From NCBI GenBank assembly GCA_965277715.1, contig OZ255836.1:4064001-4128000 (forward strand): 64,000 bases of DNA, read 5' to 3'. Source of the DNA: Gammaproteobacteria bacterium. GTDB taxonomy: Bacteria; Pseudomonadota; Gammaproteobacteria; JBCCGL01. Shown here piece after piece: positions 26,789-36,563 of this stretch. Each line of letters starts with the position of its first letter. Positions within the stretch are counted from its first letter, which is position 1. The notes beneath the pieces are model-generated. The model saw only the letters and a program-made list of their open reading frames with translations. It did no database searches and was not told where the DNA came from. Made by a program: the position numbers and the translations under genes.

Positions 26789-27814
26789 TTGAAAACGATT
26801 AATATCAATAATATATCAGTCGATTTTACTTCGACAGTCAATGACGTTATTCGCTATCTCCACAAACGATTTGGTTTCAAGCTGTGGATGGTGACGTGTG
26901 TTGAAGGCAATGATTGGATAGTGCTATACGCAGAGAATCACGGTTATAAGGTCGCTCAGGGTGATGTTTTTAGGTGGGCGGATTCGTTTTGCTCGCGTAT
27001 GGTTAAGGGTTTGGGTCCCTGTGTAGCGCCCAGTTCGGCCGCTATTGCGGAATACGCCTCGGCTCCTATCGGCCAGCAACTTGAGATAGGGGCGTATATC
27101 GGTATGCCACTGTACCGCAGTGATGGGGAGTTGTTTGGTACCTTGTGTGCTATTGACCCCAACCCACAACCTAAAGGGATTGTTGATGAGGAAGAGACCA
27201 TTAAGATGTTCGCCCGGTTGTTAAATTCGCTGCTAAACAAGGAGTTGAGTTTGTTGCAGGAGCAGCGCCGGGCGGAGCGGGCCGAATTCGATTCTGAACG
27301 GGATGCCCTGACCGGTTTGTTCAACCGGCGTGGCTGGGATAAGTTACTGGCTGTCGAGGAATCGCGCTGTCAACGCTATGGCAGCTCTGCCTGTGTTATC
27401 TCGATTGATCTCGATGATCTTAAAAAGACCAACGATTCTTTGGGGCATGACGCGGGTGATCAATTGCTGATTGATGCGGGTAAGTCACTGCTGGAATCGG
27501 CGCGCCCTTCAGATATTGTGGCACGGATTGGTGGTGATGAGTTTTTGCTGTTGGCATTGGAGTGCGATGTTGAAGGGGCGACGAAATTGGTCAAACGGGT
27601 AGTGGATAACTTTCAGTTGAAGGGGATCGCGGCGTCTGTCGGTTTTGAGTTGCGGCGTCCAGACGGTGATTTGTACACTGCGCGCAAAGAGTCTGACCGC
27701 AAGATGTATGAGGCCAAGCGCAATCAAAAACGTAGCGCTGCGAATGCCTCGGGGCGTTCTCAATTACCTGAGCGGCTGATTTTGAGCTACAACCGTGCTG
27801 GCAAGGCGCAGTGA
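26789..27814 (+). CDS. GAF-GGDEF diguanylate cyclase
   Basis: GAF (WADSFCSRMV, AYIGMPL...FGTLCAID); DALTGLFNRR, RPSD I-site, GGDEF. Confidence 0.92.
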   Translation: MKTININNISVDFTSTVNDVIRYLHKRFGFKLWMVTCVEGNDWIVLYAENHGYKVAQGDVFRWADSFCSRMVKGLGPCVAPSSAAIAEYASAPIGQQLEIGAYIGMPLYRSDGELFGTLCAIDPNPQPKGIVDEEETIKMFARLLNSLLNKELSLLQEQRRAERAEFDSERDALTGLFNRRGWDKLLAVEESRCQRYGSSACVISIDLDDLKKTNDSLGHDAGDQLLIDAGKSLLESARPSDIVARIGGDEFLLLALECDVEGATKLVKRVVDNFQLKGIAASVGFELRRPDGDLYTARKESDRKMYEAKRNQKRSAANASGRSQLPERLILSYNRAGKAQ

Positions 27815-27929
27815 GGGGTAATAGTCATTCTATTGTGACGAGCTATTGCAACGAGTTGCAACGCTGCCAGTGCGGAAAAGGGCCAAAGTCAGACCGTGAA
27901 GGTGATTGAGAGCGGCCTTAGTTCCGGGT

Positions 27930-28706
27930 TTAATTTTTGTAGGAAGGGTCAGCCCGGTCACAGCGTCGTTTCAGGGCGGGCCATTCGTATTTTCCCGGTG
28001 AAAACGCGGCGTATTGTTGCGATGACATTGCCCATAGTGCGGGTGTGGCCGGTTCCAGTGCCAACCCGGAAGCGTGCGCCTGTACGGCGACTTCGCACAG
28101 CCGGATCAGGTAGTACATGTTCATAAAGGCTTCACCGGCCGTTTCGCCGACGCTGAGAAAGCCGTGGTTGCGCATTACCAGTACTTTATTGTCACCGAGG
28201 TTTTCGGCGATGCGAAAGCGCTCATCGAGATCCACCGATAATCCCTCCCAGTCGTGGTAGCCAATTTTGCCGTAGAGCATCGACGAATCCTGTACCCAAA
28301 ATGGGATGCCCTCTTTAAACGCAGTTGCCGCCAGTGCTGTGGGTGGATGCGCGTGAAACACAAAGCGGTTGTTTGGGTGGTGCAGGTGAATCGCGCTGTG
28401 AATGACAAAGCCTGCGGTGTTGACATCCGCCGGGCCTTCGAGCACGTTGCCGTGCTCATCGACTTTGATGAGGTTGGAGGCGGTGATTTCCTCATACAAC
28501 AACCCAAAGCGGTGCATAAAAAAGGTGTGGTCAGTGCCCGGTGTGCGGGCGGTGATGTGGTTCCACACTGTGTCATCCCAACCCATTAGATGGGTGAGGC
28601 GAAACATCGCTGCCAGGTCGACGCGAACCGACCACTCTGCCGCGTTGGAGGCGGTGGCACTGTCGGTGTTTTTAAAGTCATCGGCGGTTATTGCATTATT
28701 GCTCAT
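27930..28706 (-). CDS. Class II aldolase/adducin-family protein
   Basis: RVDLAA.FR, NHITAR, GFVIHSAIH, HAH, MRNHG. Confidence 0.9.
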   Translation of the reverse strand: MSNNAITADDFKNTDSATASNAAEWSVRVDLAAMFRLTHLMGWDDTVWNHITARTPGTDHTFFMHRFGLLYEEITASNLIKVDEHGNVLEGPADVNTAGFVIHSAIHLHHPNNRFVFHAHPPTALAATAFKEGIPFWVQDSSMLYGKIGYHDWEGLSVDLDERFRIAENLGDNKVLVMRNHGFLSVGETAGEAFMNMYYLIRLCEVAVQAHASGLALEPATPALWAMSSQQYAAFSPGKYEWPALKRRCDRADPSYKN

Positions 28707-29596
28707 GGGTGTTCACTCAAAAAAATAGCGTTATCCTCTTCAAGCAAACGCACCGCTTTTAGGTGGTTTGCATCAAATCCATAGGTTTCGATAGCGCGTG
28801 CGTAGGTTTGCGTGGTCAGTTCGCACATCGGTAGTTTAATACCGAGATTTTCAGCCATCTGCTGTGCCAATTGCATATCTTTATGCGCCAGGCCAAGCGT
28901 AAATGAGGCATCGTAATCGCCATTTAGGATGGGGGGGCCGTAGCGGTCCGCTACGTAGCTATGCCCGGTACTGTTCTGGATGATGGAGAGCATTTCAGTG
29001 GCGTTGACACCGCCTTTCACACCGAGCATTAAAGCCTCTGACAAGGCCAGTGAGTGTAAATAGCAAAGCACCACCTGGGCAATTTTTGCTGAGTAACCGG
29101 CACCTGTTGGGCCGAGGTGGGTAATACGGCCACCGATTATGCCTAAGATGGCCCGGTAACGTTCAAATACGGTTTTTTCGCCACCGACTAAAATAGTCAG
29201 GTTGCCGGCGCGTGCGCCTTCGTCACCCCCGGAAACCGGGGCGTCGAGAAAGTCGATGGACTGTGCCGTCGCGCTGGCGGCAATGCGTTGGCATACGGCG
29301 AGGTTGTTCGTGCTGAGGTCGATCCAGGTAGCCCCGTCGCGGAGTGTGGCGAACAGACCATCGTCGGCGAAAGCAACGGATTCGATCTGTTTGGGGCCAG
29401 GCAGTGATGTCATTACCATATCGGCATTGCGAACGGCGTCAGCAATTGAGTGGGCGCGTATTGCCCCTTTGGCGACCAGCTTATCTACACGATCCGCCGC
29501 TATATCAAAAACCTGTAGTGTGTGGTCACCACAGCGCACAAGGTTTTCCGCCATCGGTTTACCCATAACACCAAGGCCAATAAAAGCAATGTTCAT
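28703..29596 (-). CDS. Beta-hydroxyacid dehydrogenase (3-hydroxyisobutyrate DH family)
   Basis: FIGLGVMGKPMAENL, DAPVSGG, GAG..AK, FTLGLAHKD. Confidence 0.9.
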   Translation of the reverse strand: MNIAFIGLGVMGKPMAENLVRCGDHTLQVFDIAADRVDKLVAKGAIRAHSIADAVRNADMVMTSLPGPKQIESVAFADDGLFATLRDGATWIDLSTNNLAVCQRIAASATAQSIDFLDAPVSGGDEGARAGNLTILVGGEKTVFERYRAILGIIGGRITHLGPTGAGYSAKIAQVVLCYLHSLALSEALMLGVKGGVNATEMLSIIQNSTGHSYVADRYGPPILNGDYDASFTLGLAHKDMQLAQQMAENLGIKLPMCELTTQTYARAIETYGFDANHLKAVRLLEEDNAIFLSEHP

Positions 29597-29638
29597 GTTG
29601 TTATTAATATAAAAACGGTTAGTGAGCAGGCAAGCAGG

Positions 29639-30058
29639 TTATTCAGCATCATGCGATACATTAAACCGCCCGGAGGTTGTTTCCACGATGGTTTTAAAGT
29701 CATCACGGCTGGCCCAATTGAGGTTGAGGGTTTTTTCTGAAACACCGTTTTCATCGCTCAGTTCAAGCTTTAGGGCGCGCACAATGGGTGTTACACGTTG
29801 AATTGAGGCTGTTGAGTAGAGTCTGCCACAGTAAAGACCGCGTTCGTCCAGGGTGAGTTGTGGTTGCGTCCAGCGCGGTTTTAGGTAGCGAAAAGCAAGG
29901 ACAGTGGTGATGGCAAACACAAGCAGGTGTGGCACGCCTGGCGGCCATTGCCACAACCCAACCAGGTAGAGCAGTGCCGGTGCAAATGCAATGTTTATGG
30001 CCATGTGCACAAGCCTTGGTTTGCTCGCGTAGAAAAGGATGGGTCGTTGTTCATTCAT
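29639..30058 (-). CDS. Hypothetical membrane protein
   Basis: Two hydrophobic helices followed by a soluble domain; co-oriented with its neighbours. Confidence 0.6.
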   Translation of the reverse strand: MNEQRPILFYASKPRLVHMAINIAFAPALLYLVGLWQWPPGVPHLLVFAITTVLAFRYLKPRWTQPQLTLDERGLYCGRLYSTASIQRVTPIVRALKLELSDENGVSEKTLNLNWASRDDFKTIVETTSGRFNVSHDAE

Positions 30059-30110
30059 TCTTAAGGGTGTGCCTTTATGCTTTTTCCGACACCCTCTTTC
30101 TGGCAGGGTG

Positions 30111-31205
30111 TTAACGGTTGTCTTTTACCATTTCTGCCACCCATTCTGCAATGGCCAGGGAGGCGGTGATACCGGGTGATTCGATACCGCATAAATTAAC
30201 CAGGCCGGGTATGCCATGTTGTTGTGTTCCCTGAATGAGAAAGTCGGCTGCGGGCTCTCCCCGGGCAGAAATTTTTGGGCGTATTCCTGTATAGCCGGGC
30301 TGTAATCTGGATTCATCGAGCGCTGGGTAGTAGGCCTTTATCGCGTCGATAAACCCTGGGCGATCAGCGTGATCGAACGTGTAGTCGATTGTTTCAATCC
30401 ACTGCACGTCAGGGCCAAAACGCACTTGGCCCGCGAGGTCGAGGGTGACGTGTACTCCCAGTCCGCCAGGCTCGGCAAGGGGGTAGATCAAGTGTGAAAA
30501 AGGTGATTGCCCGCTGTAGGCATAGTAGTGGCCCTTGGCGTAGTAAGGTGTGATGGCGCTGTCTTTGTCGAGGGTTTTAAACAGGCTGGGGGCGTGCAGA
30601 CCGGCGCAGTTAATCAATAGCCGGGCAGATAAGCGGTAATCGTCGGTCGCGGCGCTAATGCCACCGTTGTCACGCTGCAGTGCGGTAACCTGCGTGGCGA
30701 GTGCGATGATGCCACCGGCATTTTCTATATCGCCGCATAGCGAAGTCATGTATTCGTGGGTATCGAGAATCCCGGTATCAGGTGAATGGATACCGGCGAT
30801 ACAGTGGATATCCGGTTCCCGTTCGGCAATAGCGTCCCGTGTCAGCCAGGCCAGCTCGCCTGCCTGGTTTTGCGCGGCATTTTCCTGGTAGTGTCGCAGC
30901 ATCGCCAGTTGTTGCGTGTGGGTGGCTACGATAATTTTTCCGCAGCGCTTAAACGCTAACTTCCGCTCGCGTAAGTAGGTGTATAGCAGCGCTTTACCTC
31001 GCACGCATAAGCGTGCTTTTAATGAGTGGCGGGGGTAGTAAATACCCGCGTGAATGACTTCGGAGTTGTGGCTGCTGGTTTCATAACCGATACCGGTGTG
31101 TTGTTCCAGTACTACCACTTCGCGCCCCTGCAAGGCAAGCGCCCGCGCCACGGCAAGCCCGATGACTCCCGCACCAATAACCAGTACATCAACTGTTTCT
31201 GACAT
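30111..31205 (-). CDS. FAD-dependent oxidoreductase, L-2-hydroxyglutarate dehydrogenase family
   Basis: VIGAGVIG, TSSHNSEVIHAGIYY, GLGVHVT, GIRPK, GIESPGITASLA. Confidence 0.88.
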   Translation of the reverse strand: MSETVDVLVIGAGVIGLAVARALALQGREVVVLEQHTGIGYETSSHNSEVIHAGIYYPRHSLKARLCVRGKALLYTYLRERKLAFKRCGKIIVATHTQQLAMLRHYQENAAQNQAGELAWLTRDAIAEREPDIHCIAGIHSPDTGILDTHEYMTSLCGDIENAGGIIALATQVTALQRDNGGISAATDDYRLSARLLINCAGLHAPSLFKTLDKDSAITPYYAKGHYYAYSGQSPFSHLIYPLAEPGGLGVHVTLDLAGQVRFGPDVQWIETIDYTFDHADRPGFIDAIKAYYPALDESRLQPGYTGIRPKISARGEPAADFLIQGTQQHGIPGLVNLCGIESPGITASLAIAEWVAEMVKDNR

Positions 31206-31342
31206 TGTATCGAGCACCTGGTGGGTGAAATTATAAACACAGAGTAATGAGTGCCAGGAGCCTATCGGGTTTAGGCGCTCGTAGCGAACGAAACCCCTAT
31301 AGCACAACAGATAAATACAAAAATTAACAAAAAGCGGGCTAA

Positions 31343-31445
31343 GGAATGTGTACGAAATAATCTCCGCTTTTGTAATGTTATTTAGCCCAGGTATAAGGTA
31401 AATCGGTGCATTTACGAATCCCGGAATTTATTTCGTGCACGTTCC
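31343..31445. mobile_element. 103-bp MITE-like element
   Basis: GGAATGTGTACGAAATAA / TTATTTCGTGCACGTTCC, 16/18 inverted match. Confidence 0.65.
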
Positions 31446-31462
31446 CAATGGGCAAAATAAAA

Positions 31463-32254
31463 CTACGGCGCTGTTAACCACGTTAATGGGCCGTCTATTT
31501 CCGGTCTAAAATAGCCTATCATCCGGCCATCTTTTCCAGCAGTGGCCGATTTTCCCCAAGTGGCAATGCCATGCAGTGATAAACGGTGGGCGATAAACGC
31601 TTCACCGGGCACGGCGGCAATTTCGATTCGTTGACAGTTTGCAAATACTGCGCGCCGCGCCTGGTGATAAGCATCGGTAATATCTTCTTTGCACCACTGT
31701 TCGGGAGGGTGGTGTGCGAAGCGGGCCATCAGTGCGGATCGAATGATTGTGTGAGAACCTTCCCAAATAACAAACGGTGATGCGTCGGCGCTGAACTCGA
31801 CCAGTGGGATACCGAGTATAAATCCGTGGTATTCGCGTAGGTATCTACGGCGCTTTTCACCTTCTGGCAGTAAACCATCGACGTGGGCGGCACCGTGATC
31901 GCGACGAAAGCGAAACGCTGCTGCAGGTTCAGATGCCATCGGTTGTGGGTAGTTGGGGTAGCAGACAGATACCTGCCCCCGATCCCAGGCAAACCCGTTG
32001 AGCCCCAACGACTGCTGGATAAAATTAATGGCCGTGCCACCAAGTGGTTTGCCGTTGGCCAGCGCGCCCGTGGCGTCGTTGGGCAGTGCGTTGACCCCGG
32101 CAAACCAAGTACCACCGCAGCGTAACCACTTGGCATGTTGCGGTTCAGTCACTGCCTTGCGCGCCCACGGCAATGCGTGCCTAGCCCAGTCGGCCAGTAC
32201 TGGGTCGTAGGCAAAACGGCACCAGCCTTGTTGGTAAAATGATGCGGCGTTCAT
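31463..32254 (-). CDS. Hypothetical protein, probable Fe(II)/2OG dioxygenase (PhyH-like) fold
   Basis: AAHVDG (HxD), WEGSH, distal HRLSLHG. Confidence 0.6.
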   Translation of the reverse strand: MNAASFYQQGWCRFAYDPVLADWARHALPWARKAVTEPQHAKWLRCGGTWFAGVNALPNDATGALANGKPLGGTAINFIQQSLGLNGFAWDRGQVSVCYPNYPQPMASEPAAAFRFRRDHGAAHVDGLLPEGEKRRRYLREYHGFILGIPLVEFSADASPFVIWEGSHTIIRSALMARFAHHPPEQWCKEDITDAYHQARRAVFANCQRIEIAAVPGEAFIAHRLSLHGIATWGKSATAGKDGRMIGYFRPEIDGPLTWLTAP

Positions 32255-32297
32255 GTAGGTTATTTTATGCAAGAGGGGCGGGTAATTCAGCCTCGAC

Positions 32298-33038
32298 CTA
32301 AAGGATCAAGCAATACCCCAACAATTTTTCATAAGCGGGCATTGCCGCCTCAAGTACAGCCAGAAGTGATTTATCCAGCGCATGACGGCTTGGCTGTTGT
32401 TGGGGCTGTTGTTGGCCAAACCCGGTGGTCTGCCACACGTTGGCATACCAGTGTTCGCCCCAAATACCGTCGCTCTCACGTTGACCCGCTGGCCAGGAAA
32501 GCATCGACGGGTAAAACGCGATAGAAAAATGGGCACACACGGCGTTTAAATACGCTTCGGGCCTGGCCAGAAAGTGCTGTGCATCAAAAATCAGCGGGGG
32601 TTGCCCATGCAGTTCACTGACGGCTTCAAATAAGGCGAGTTGCTGGATAATGCCAATATCGCTTAGTGTGGCGTTTTCCCGTTTTTGTGAATACGACAAC
32701 AGCACATCACGCGGGTGGCGGAGCAGAAAGCAGTGTTGCAGTTTCTCCAGCCAGGCGTTTGAATAGTGTGGCAGTACGTGATGGGTCATGTGTTTTTGGT
32801 AGTAGATGGCATTGCCATCAGGCGCATCGGCAACACAGTGGTCGATAACCTTTTCCCAATCATTTTCGTAGTGTGCGAGTATTGCTGCACGCATGGGATG
32901 GTCGAGGCCGGTATCGCGTAAGTAGGCGGCGTATAGCGGCTCATCCCAAACGGCACAATCCGGTCGGTTCTCCCAGGCGCGCATCATGGCGGTGGAGATA
33001 TTACGTGGCCCTGACCACATGGCAATATTGGTGGACAT
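32298..33038 (-). CDS. Sulfotransferase-like P-loop protein (partner of class IV aminotransferases)
   Basis: AMWSGPRNISTAMMR.W.NR, DEP.Y, YQKHMTHH, FLLRHP, DGIWG.HWY. Confidence 0.82.
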   Translation of the reverse strand: MSTNIAMWSGPRNISTAMMRAWENRPDCAVWDEPLYAAYLRDTGLDHPMRAAILAHYENDWEKVIDHCVADAPDGNAIYYQKHMTHHVLPHYSNAWLEKLQHCFLLRHPRDVLLSYSQKRENATLSDIGIIQQLALFEAVSELHGQPPLIFDAQHFLARPEAYLNAVCAHFSIAFYPSMLSWPAGQRESDGIWGEHWYANVWQTTGFGQQQPQQQPSRHALDKSLLAVLEAAMPAYEKLLGYCLIL

Positions 33039-33046
33039 CAGTGTGC

Positions 33047-33961
33047 CTACCGGGCAATTTCACGCTCTATAAGAGCGAGGTAGAGTGTCTGGATGCGCGC
33101 TACCATTGGCCCGCGTTCGCCGTCACCAATCGTGCGTCCGTCGATACATTTAACCGGCGCAACGCCTGCAAAGGTGCCGGTGACGAAAGATTCCTCGGCA
33201 CCGTAAACATCCGTTAAGCTGAAGTTCTTTTCAAATACCGGGATGTTGTTTTCCCGGCACACGCGAATGATATTGCCACGGGTAATGCCACCCAGGCAGT
33301 AGTCGCCGCTCGATGTCCACACTTCACCCTGGCGCACGATAAAAAAATGGGTCGAGTTGCAGGTGGCGACAAATCCGTGTGGATCCAGCATTAGCGCCTC
33401 ATCCGCCCCGGCTTTGGTGGCCTGAATGCAGGCGGTGATGCAGTTTAGTTTGCTGTGGCTGTTAAGTTTTGGGTCCTGCACATCAGGGTAGCCACGCCGT
33501 ACGTGCACGGTAAACAGTGAGATGCCCGCGCTCAGGGTCTCCGGCCTGGCCTGTTTGTACTCGGGAATAATGACGATAGTCGCTGGGCCGATGGTGACGC
33601 GTGGATCCTGGTAGGGCGTGGCTTTAACTCCACGACTGATCATCAGGCGAATATGCACACCCTCGTACATTGCGTTTGCCTTTAACACAGCGTCTATATT
33701 TGCGGTGAGTTGTGCTTTGCTTATCCCAATATCCAGGTCGATTGCTTTGGCGCCCTCATAAATGCGCTGCAGGTGCAAATCCATAAAGGCGACTTTGCCT
33801 TTGTGAACACGCAACCCCTCCCAGACACCATCACCCAGTACGAAACCACTGTCAAATACTGAGACAACGGCCTTGTCACGGGGGAACATTTCACCGTTGA
33901 TGGAAATTAAAATAGTGGCATTGCGCGGGTCGTCAAGGTAGTCGTGGGTGCCTTTGGCCAT
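33047..33961 (-). CDS. Class IV PLP aminotransferase
   Basis: SVFDSGFVLGDGVWEG, HSKLN, DEALMLD, LGGITR, TGTFAG. Confidence 0.9.
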   Translation of the reverse strand: MAKGTHDYLDDPRNATILISINGEMFPRDKAVVSVFDSGFVLGDGVWEGLRVHKGKVAFMDLHLQRIYEGAKAIDLDIGISKAQLTANIDAVLKANAMYEGVHIRLMISRGVKATPYQDPRVTIGPATIVIIPEYKQARPETLSAGISLFTVHVRRGYPDVQDPKLNSHSKLNCITACIQATKAGADEALMLDPHGFVATCNSTHFFIVRQGEVWTSSGDYCLGGITRGNIIRVCRENNIPVFEKNFSLTDVYGAEESFVTGTFAGVAPVKCIDGRTIGDGERGPMVARIQTLYLALIEREIAR

Positions 33962-33988
33962 GGTGTTCTCTGTGTTGGGTCGGTAGGG

Positions 33989-34684
33989 TTAGTGGCGTCG
34001 TTTGCTGACGACGTGTTTGAGCGGCGACAGGTTGATTTCGTCAATAACGGCGCGAGTGCCGGCATTTAGCATCAGCATAATGGCATCCACTACATCATCA
34101 ATATGCAGGGCATTGGTATCGTCATCGCCAGGGGTGAATGTTTGTTGGTCGAAAAAGTGGCTGCGTACCATGCCGGGGTTGATAATACCAACATGCACAT
34201 TGCGTGAGGCACACTCCTGGCGCAATGACTGGGCAAAGCCACGCAGGCCAAATTTTGCCGCGCAATATAAACTGCCTTGCTGACTTCCCGTTAGTGCCGC
34301 CTCTGACCCCATAAAAATAATGTTGCTGTGCGAGCGCTTTTTCAGGCCGCTGATAAATGTGCGGGCAAGCAGTAAATGGCTGGTCAGGTTTTGTGCAATG
34401 GATTGTTCGATTTGTGTGGGTGAGAAGTTTTCCAGGCAACCGAACTGGCCGCCCCCTGCGATGCTGATAATTGCATCGATATCCGGGTGTTTTTTGGCGG
34501 TGGCCAGCAGGTGTTTGCTGGTACTGGGGGCTGCCAGGTCAATCGAAACAGGTGTTAGCGATGGGTGCTGGATGGGTATCCCGCGCCGTGCAATGCCGAC
34601 TACGCGGTGCCCCTGGTTGAGCAGGTGTTGTGTTGCTGCCAGGCCTATACCCGAGCTGGCTCCAGTGACGATAATATTACGCAT
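33989..34684 (-). CDS. SDR oxidoreductase
   Basis: TGASSGIG, GSEAAL, YCAAKFGLRG; start overlaps the radical SAM stop. Confidence 0.88.
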   Translation of the reverse strand: MRNIIVTGASSGIGLAATQHLLNQGHRVVGIARRGIPIQHPSLTPVSIDLAAPSTSKHLLATAKKHPDIDAIISIAGGGQFGCLENFSPTQIEQSIAQNLTSHLLLARTFISGLKKRSHSNIIFMGSEAALTGSQQGSLYCAAKFGLRGFAQSLRQECASRNVHVGIINPGMVRSHFFDQQTFTPGDDDTNALHIDDVVDAIMLMLNAGTRAVIDEINLSPLKHVVSKRRH

Positions 34685-35681
34685 CGGCAGGGTCGGCGGC
34701 GACAAATAATGTGCTTTCGGGGATATAGTGCAGGAGTTGTTGCCGACACCAGTCGAGCATTTCCCGCTCCAGTTCACGCGGGTATCCCGCTTGTTTATCC
34801 TGCACGGTTATTTTTGCGGCGAAGAGTGGTTCTTCCGGGTAGAGCGAAACCACTTTGCGAAAGAAGTGTTGCGGCAAACGAAATGCACCGAGGCTGGTGG
34901 AGTGAATGGTATCGGCATCGAGTTGTGAAAACACCTGCGAAAACAGTGCCTGGTAGGACTGCCGGTATTCCTGCGCATAAATCACCGGGTCAAAGCGCAA
35001 GCCAATCGGCCAGCCGGCTTTTTGCAGTGTTTTGAGTGCCTCCAGGCGTTTGCTTAGGGAGGGGGTTTTGTGTTCCAGCGCCTGGACTATATCATTTGGG
35101 TTGAGGCTGTAAGCCACTACGCAGTTTTGCATGGGGGGGTGTTTTAGCAGGGTGCGGATTTGGGTGCTTTTGGTACGCAGCTCAAGTTGTGCCTGTGGGC
35201 GTTGTCGAAAAAAATCCAGTGTCTCTCCGACAAAGTTACTCAGCGGTTCGAGTGCCAATGAGTCGCAATCGTAGCCGGAGAAAAACCACACGGGTTGATT
35301 TGGGTGTTGCGCCATGACGGTGTCGATACCCTGGTAAAAATCCTCATAGTTGACAAAAACCACGTAGTGGCCCGAGCGGTACATGCCCTGCAAAAAACAG
35401 TAGCGGCAGTCGTATACACAGTTCAGCATATGTGAAAAGTAGTAGTTGTACTGACCACCGATACCGTAACCCAGTGGGGTTGGCAGTACGGTTTGTCCGT
35501 GTTTGCTGGCGAGAATCAGCGAGGGTTTTATTTTTTGCAGGCGAAAATTTTGGGCGTTGCGGTTAAATACTTCGGTATATCGCTCGCAGTCAATGCGGCG
35601 CACCTGCGGGAAGCGCGCAAGAATGCGCCGGGTGCGCGGGTGATCGGCAACGGATGCCTCGATATATAGTGTGTCGATCAC
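34677..35681 (-). CDS. Spore-photoproduct-lyase-like radical SAM protein
   Basis: NCVYDCRYCFLQG (CxxxCxxC), VFVN, DSLALEP, ELRTKS, E..TPSL..RL, RFDPVI. Confidence 0.85.
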   Translation of the reverse strand: MIDTLYIEASVADHPRTRRILARFPQVRRIDCERYTEVFNRNAQNFRLQKIKPSLILASKHGQTVLPTPLGYGIGGQYNYYFSHMLNCVYDCRYCFLQGMYRSGHYVVFVNYEDFYQGIDTVMAQHPNQPVWFFSGYDCDSLALEPLSNFVGETLDFFRQRPQAQLELRTKSTQIRTLLKHPPMQNCVVAYSLNPNDIVQALEHKTPSLSKRLEALKTLQKAGWPIGLRFDPVIYAQEYRQSYQALFSQVFSQLDADTIHSTSLGAFRLPQHFFRKVVSLYPEEPLFAAKITVQDKQAGYPRELEREMLDWCRQQLLHYIPESTLFVAADPADA

Positions 35682-36547
35682 GCTGAACCCGTTCGGTATA
35701 GGTAGCTGGGGGTCAGCGCCTCGACGTGTTGACGCAGTGTGTCAATGGCTTCGCGTGTGTTGCCGGGTGCCTGCAAAAATGCTGTGGGTAATACGGTGTC
35801 GGCAGTCAAGGTACGCCAGCGGCGCAACAAATCCAGGCATTGTCTGCGTTGTGTTACCGTGAAGTGTAGGTGTTGCAGGCATTCGGGGAGGGTCACCGCG
35901 TCAACGGGCAGATGCCGGGCGAGCTCACGCAATTGGTCAGCGGTATGCTGTATCAGATCGGTGGTGTTTGTCATCCATTGGCTTGTCTGAGAGGCGGTGA
36001 TATGTTCATGTGAATGGTGTTCGTTATCGGATATCACTTTTATTGAATGCACCAGCTCAGCGGTGGTGTAGCGGTTGGCGATAGCAAAAAATGCGCTGGC
36101 TTCCCTGTCGAGTGCGGTATTTTTGGGGTAGTGGGCGCTGACTGTGTCAACGCTTAAGATCGCTTCACTGCGGCACGCGGGCTTAAATACGATAGGTGGA
36201 TACCATTTTTGCCCACTGCTGGCGTCTTCAATGGCGTGCGCTATCAGTGTATCCCCCAGTGCCAGTGTCGTGTGCCCGGCGATGCCGGTATTGATCCATA
36301 TCGCTGTTTGTGGAGCGCACAGGTTGTGCAAATGTGCGCAGGCCGCCGCCGCGTTGACCTTGCCAATACCGCTGACAATCAGGCTGGTTTTTTCATTATG
36401 TCGGCCACCTTTGCCGTCTTTATGGGGGCTGTGGTAAACCGGGAATGCGCGGCTATGGGTATTGCGTTGCATACGCCAATGATCAATTAACGGGCGCGCC
36501 TCACAGGGCAGGGCGGTGACGATAAGTACTTCGGTTTGGGGGGCCAC
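35678..36547 (-). CDS. Nucleosidase/phosphorylase-fold protein (MTA/SAH nucleosidase-like)
   Basis: IVTALPCEA, SGIGKVNAAAA, INTGIAG, DREASAFF, KVISDN. GTG start at 36547 chosen because the longer ORF overlaps algH. Confidence 0.78.
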   Translation of the reverse strand: MAPQTEVLIVTALPCEARPLIDHWRMQRNTHSRAFPVYHSPHKDGKGGRHNEKTSLIVSGIGKVNAAAACAHLHNLCAPQTAIWINTGIAGHTTLALGDTLIAHAIEDASSGQKWYPPIVFKPACRSEAILSVDTVSAHYPKNTALDREASAFFAIANRYTTAELVHSIKVISDNEHHSHEHITASQTSQWMTNTTDLIQHTADQLRELARHLPVDAVTLPECLQHLHFTVTQRRQCLDLLRRWRTLTADTVLPTAFLQAPGNTREAIDTLRQHVEALTPSYLYRTGSA

Positions 36548-36563
36548 GCTGCGTTTTTGGCCC

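Noticed and set aside
27930-36547. Complete 5'-deoxyadenosine salvage (DHAP shunt) pathway
   Set aside because: No methylthioribose-1-phosphate isomerase or kinase is present, and the aldolase is adducin-like and 7 kb from the nucleosidase.
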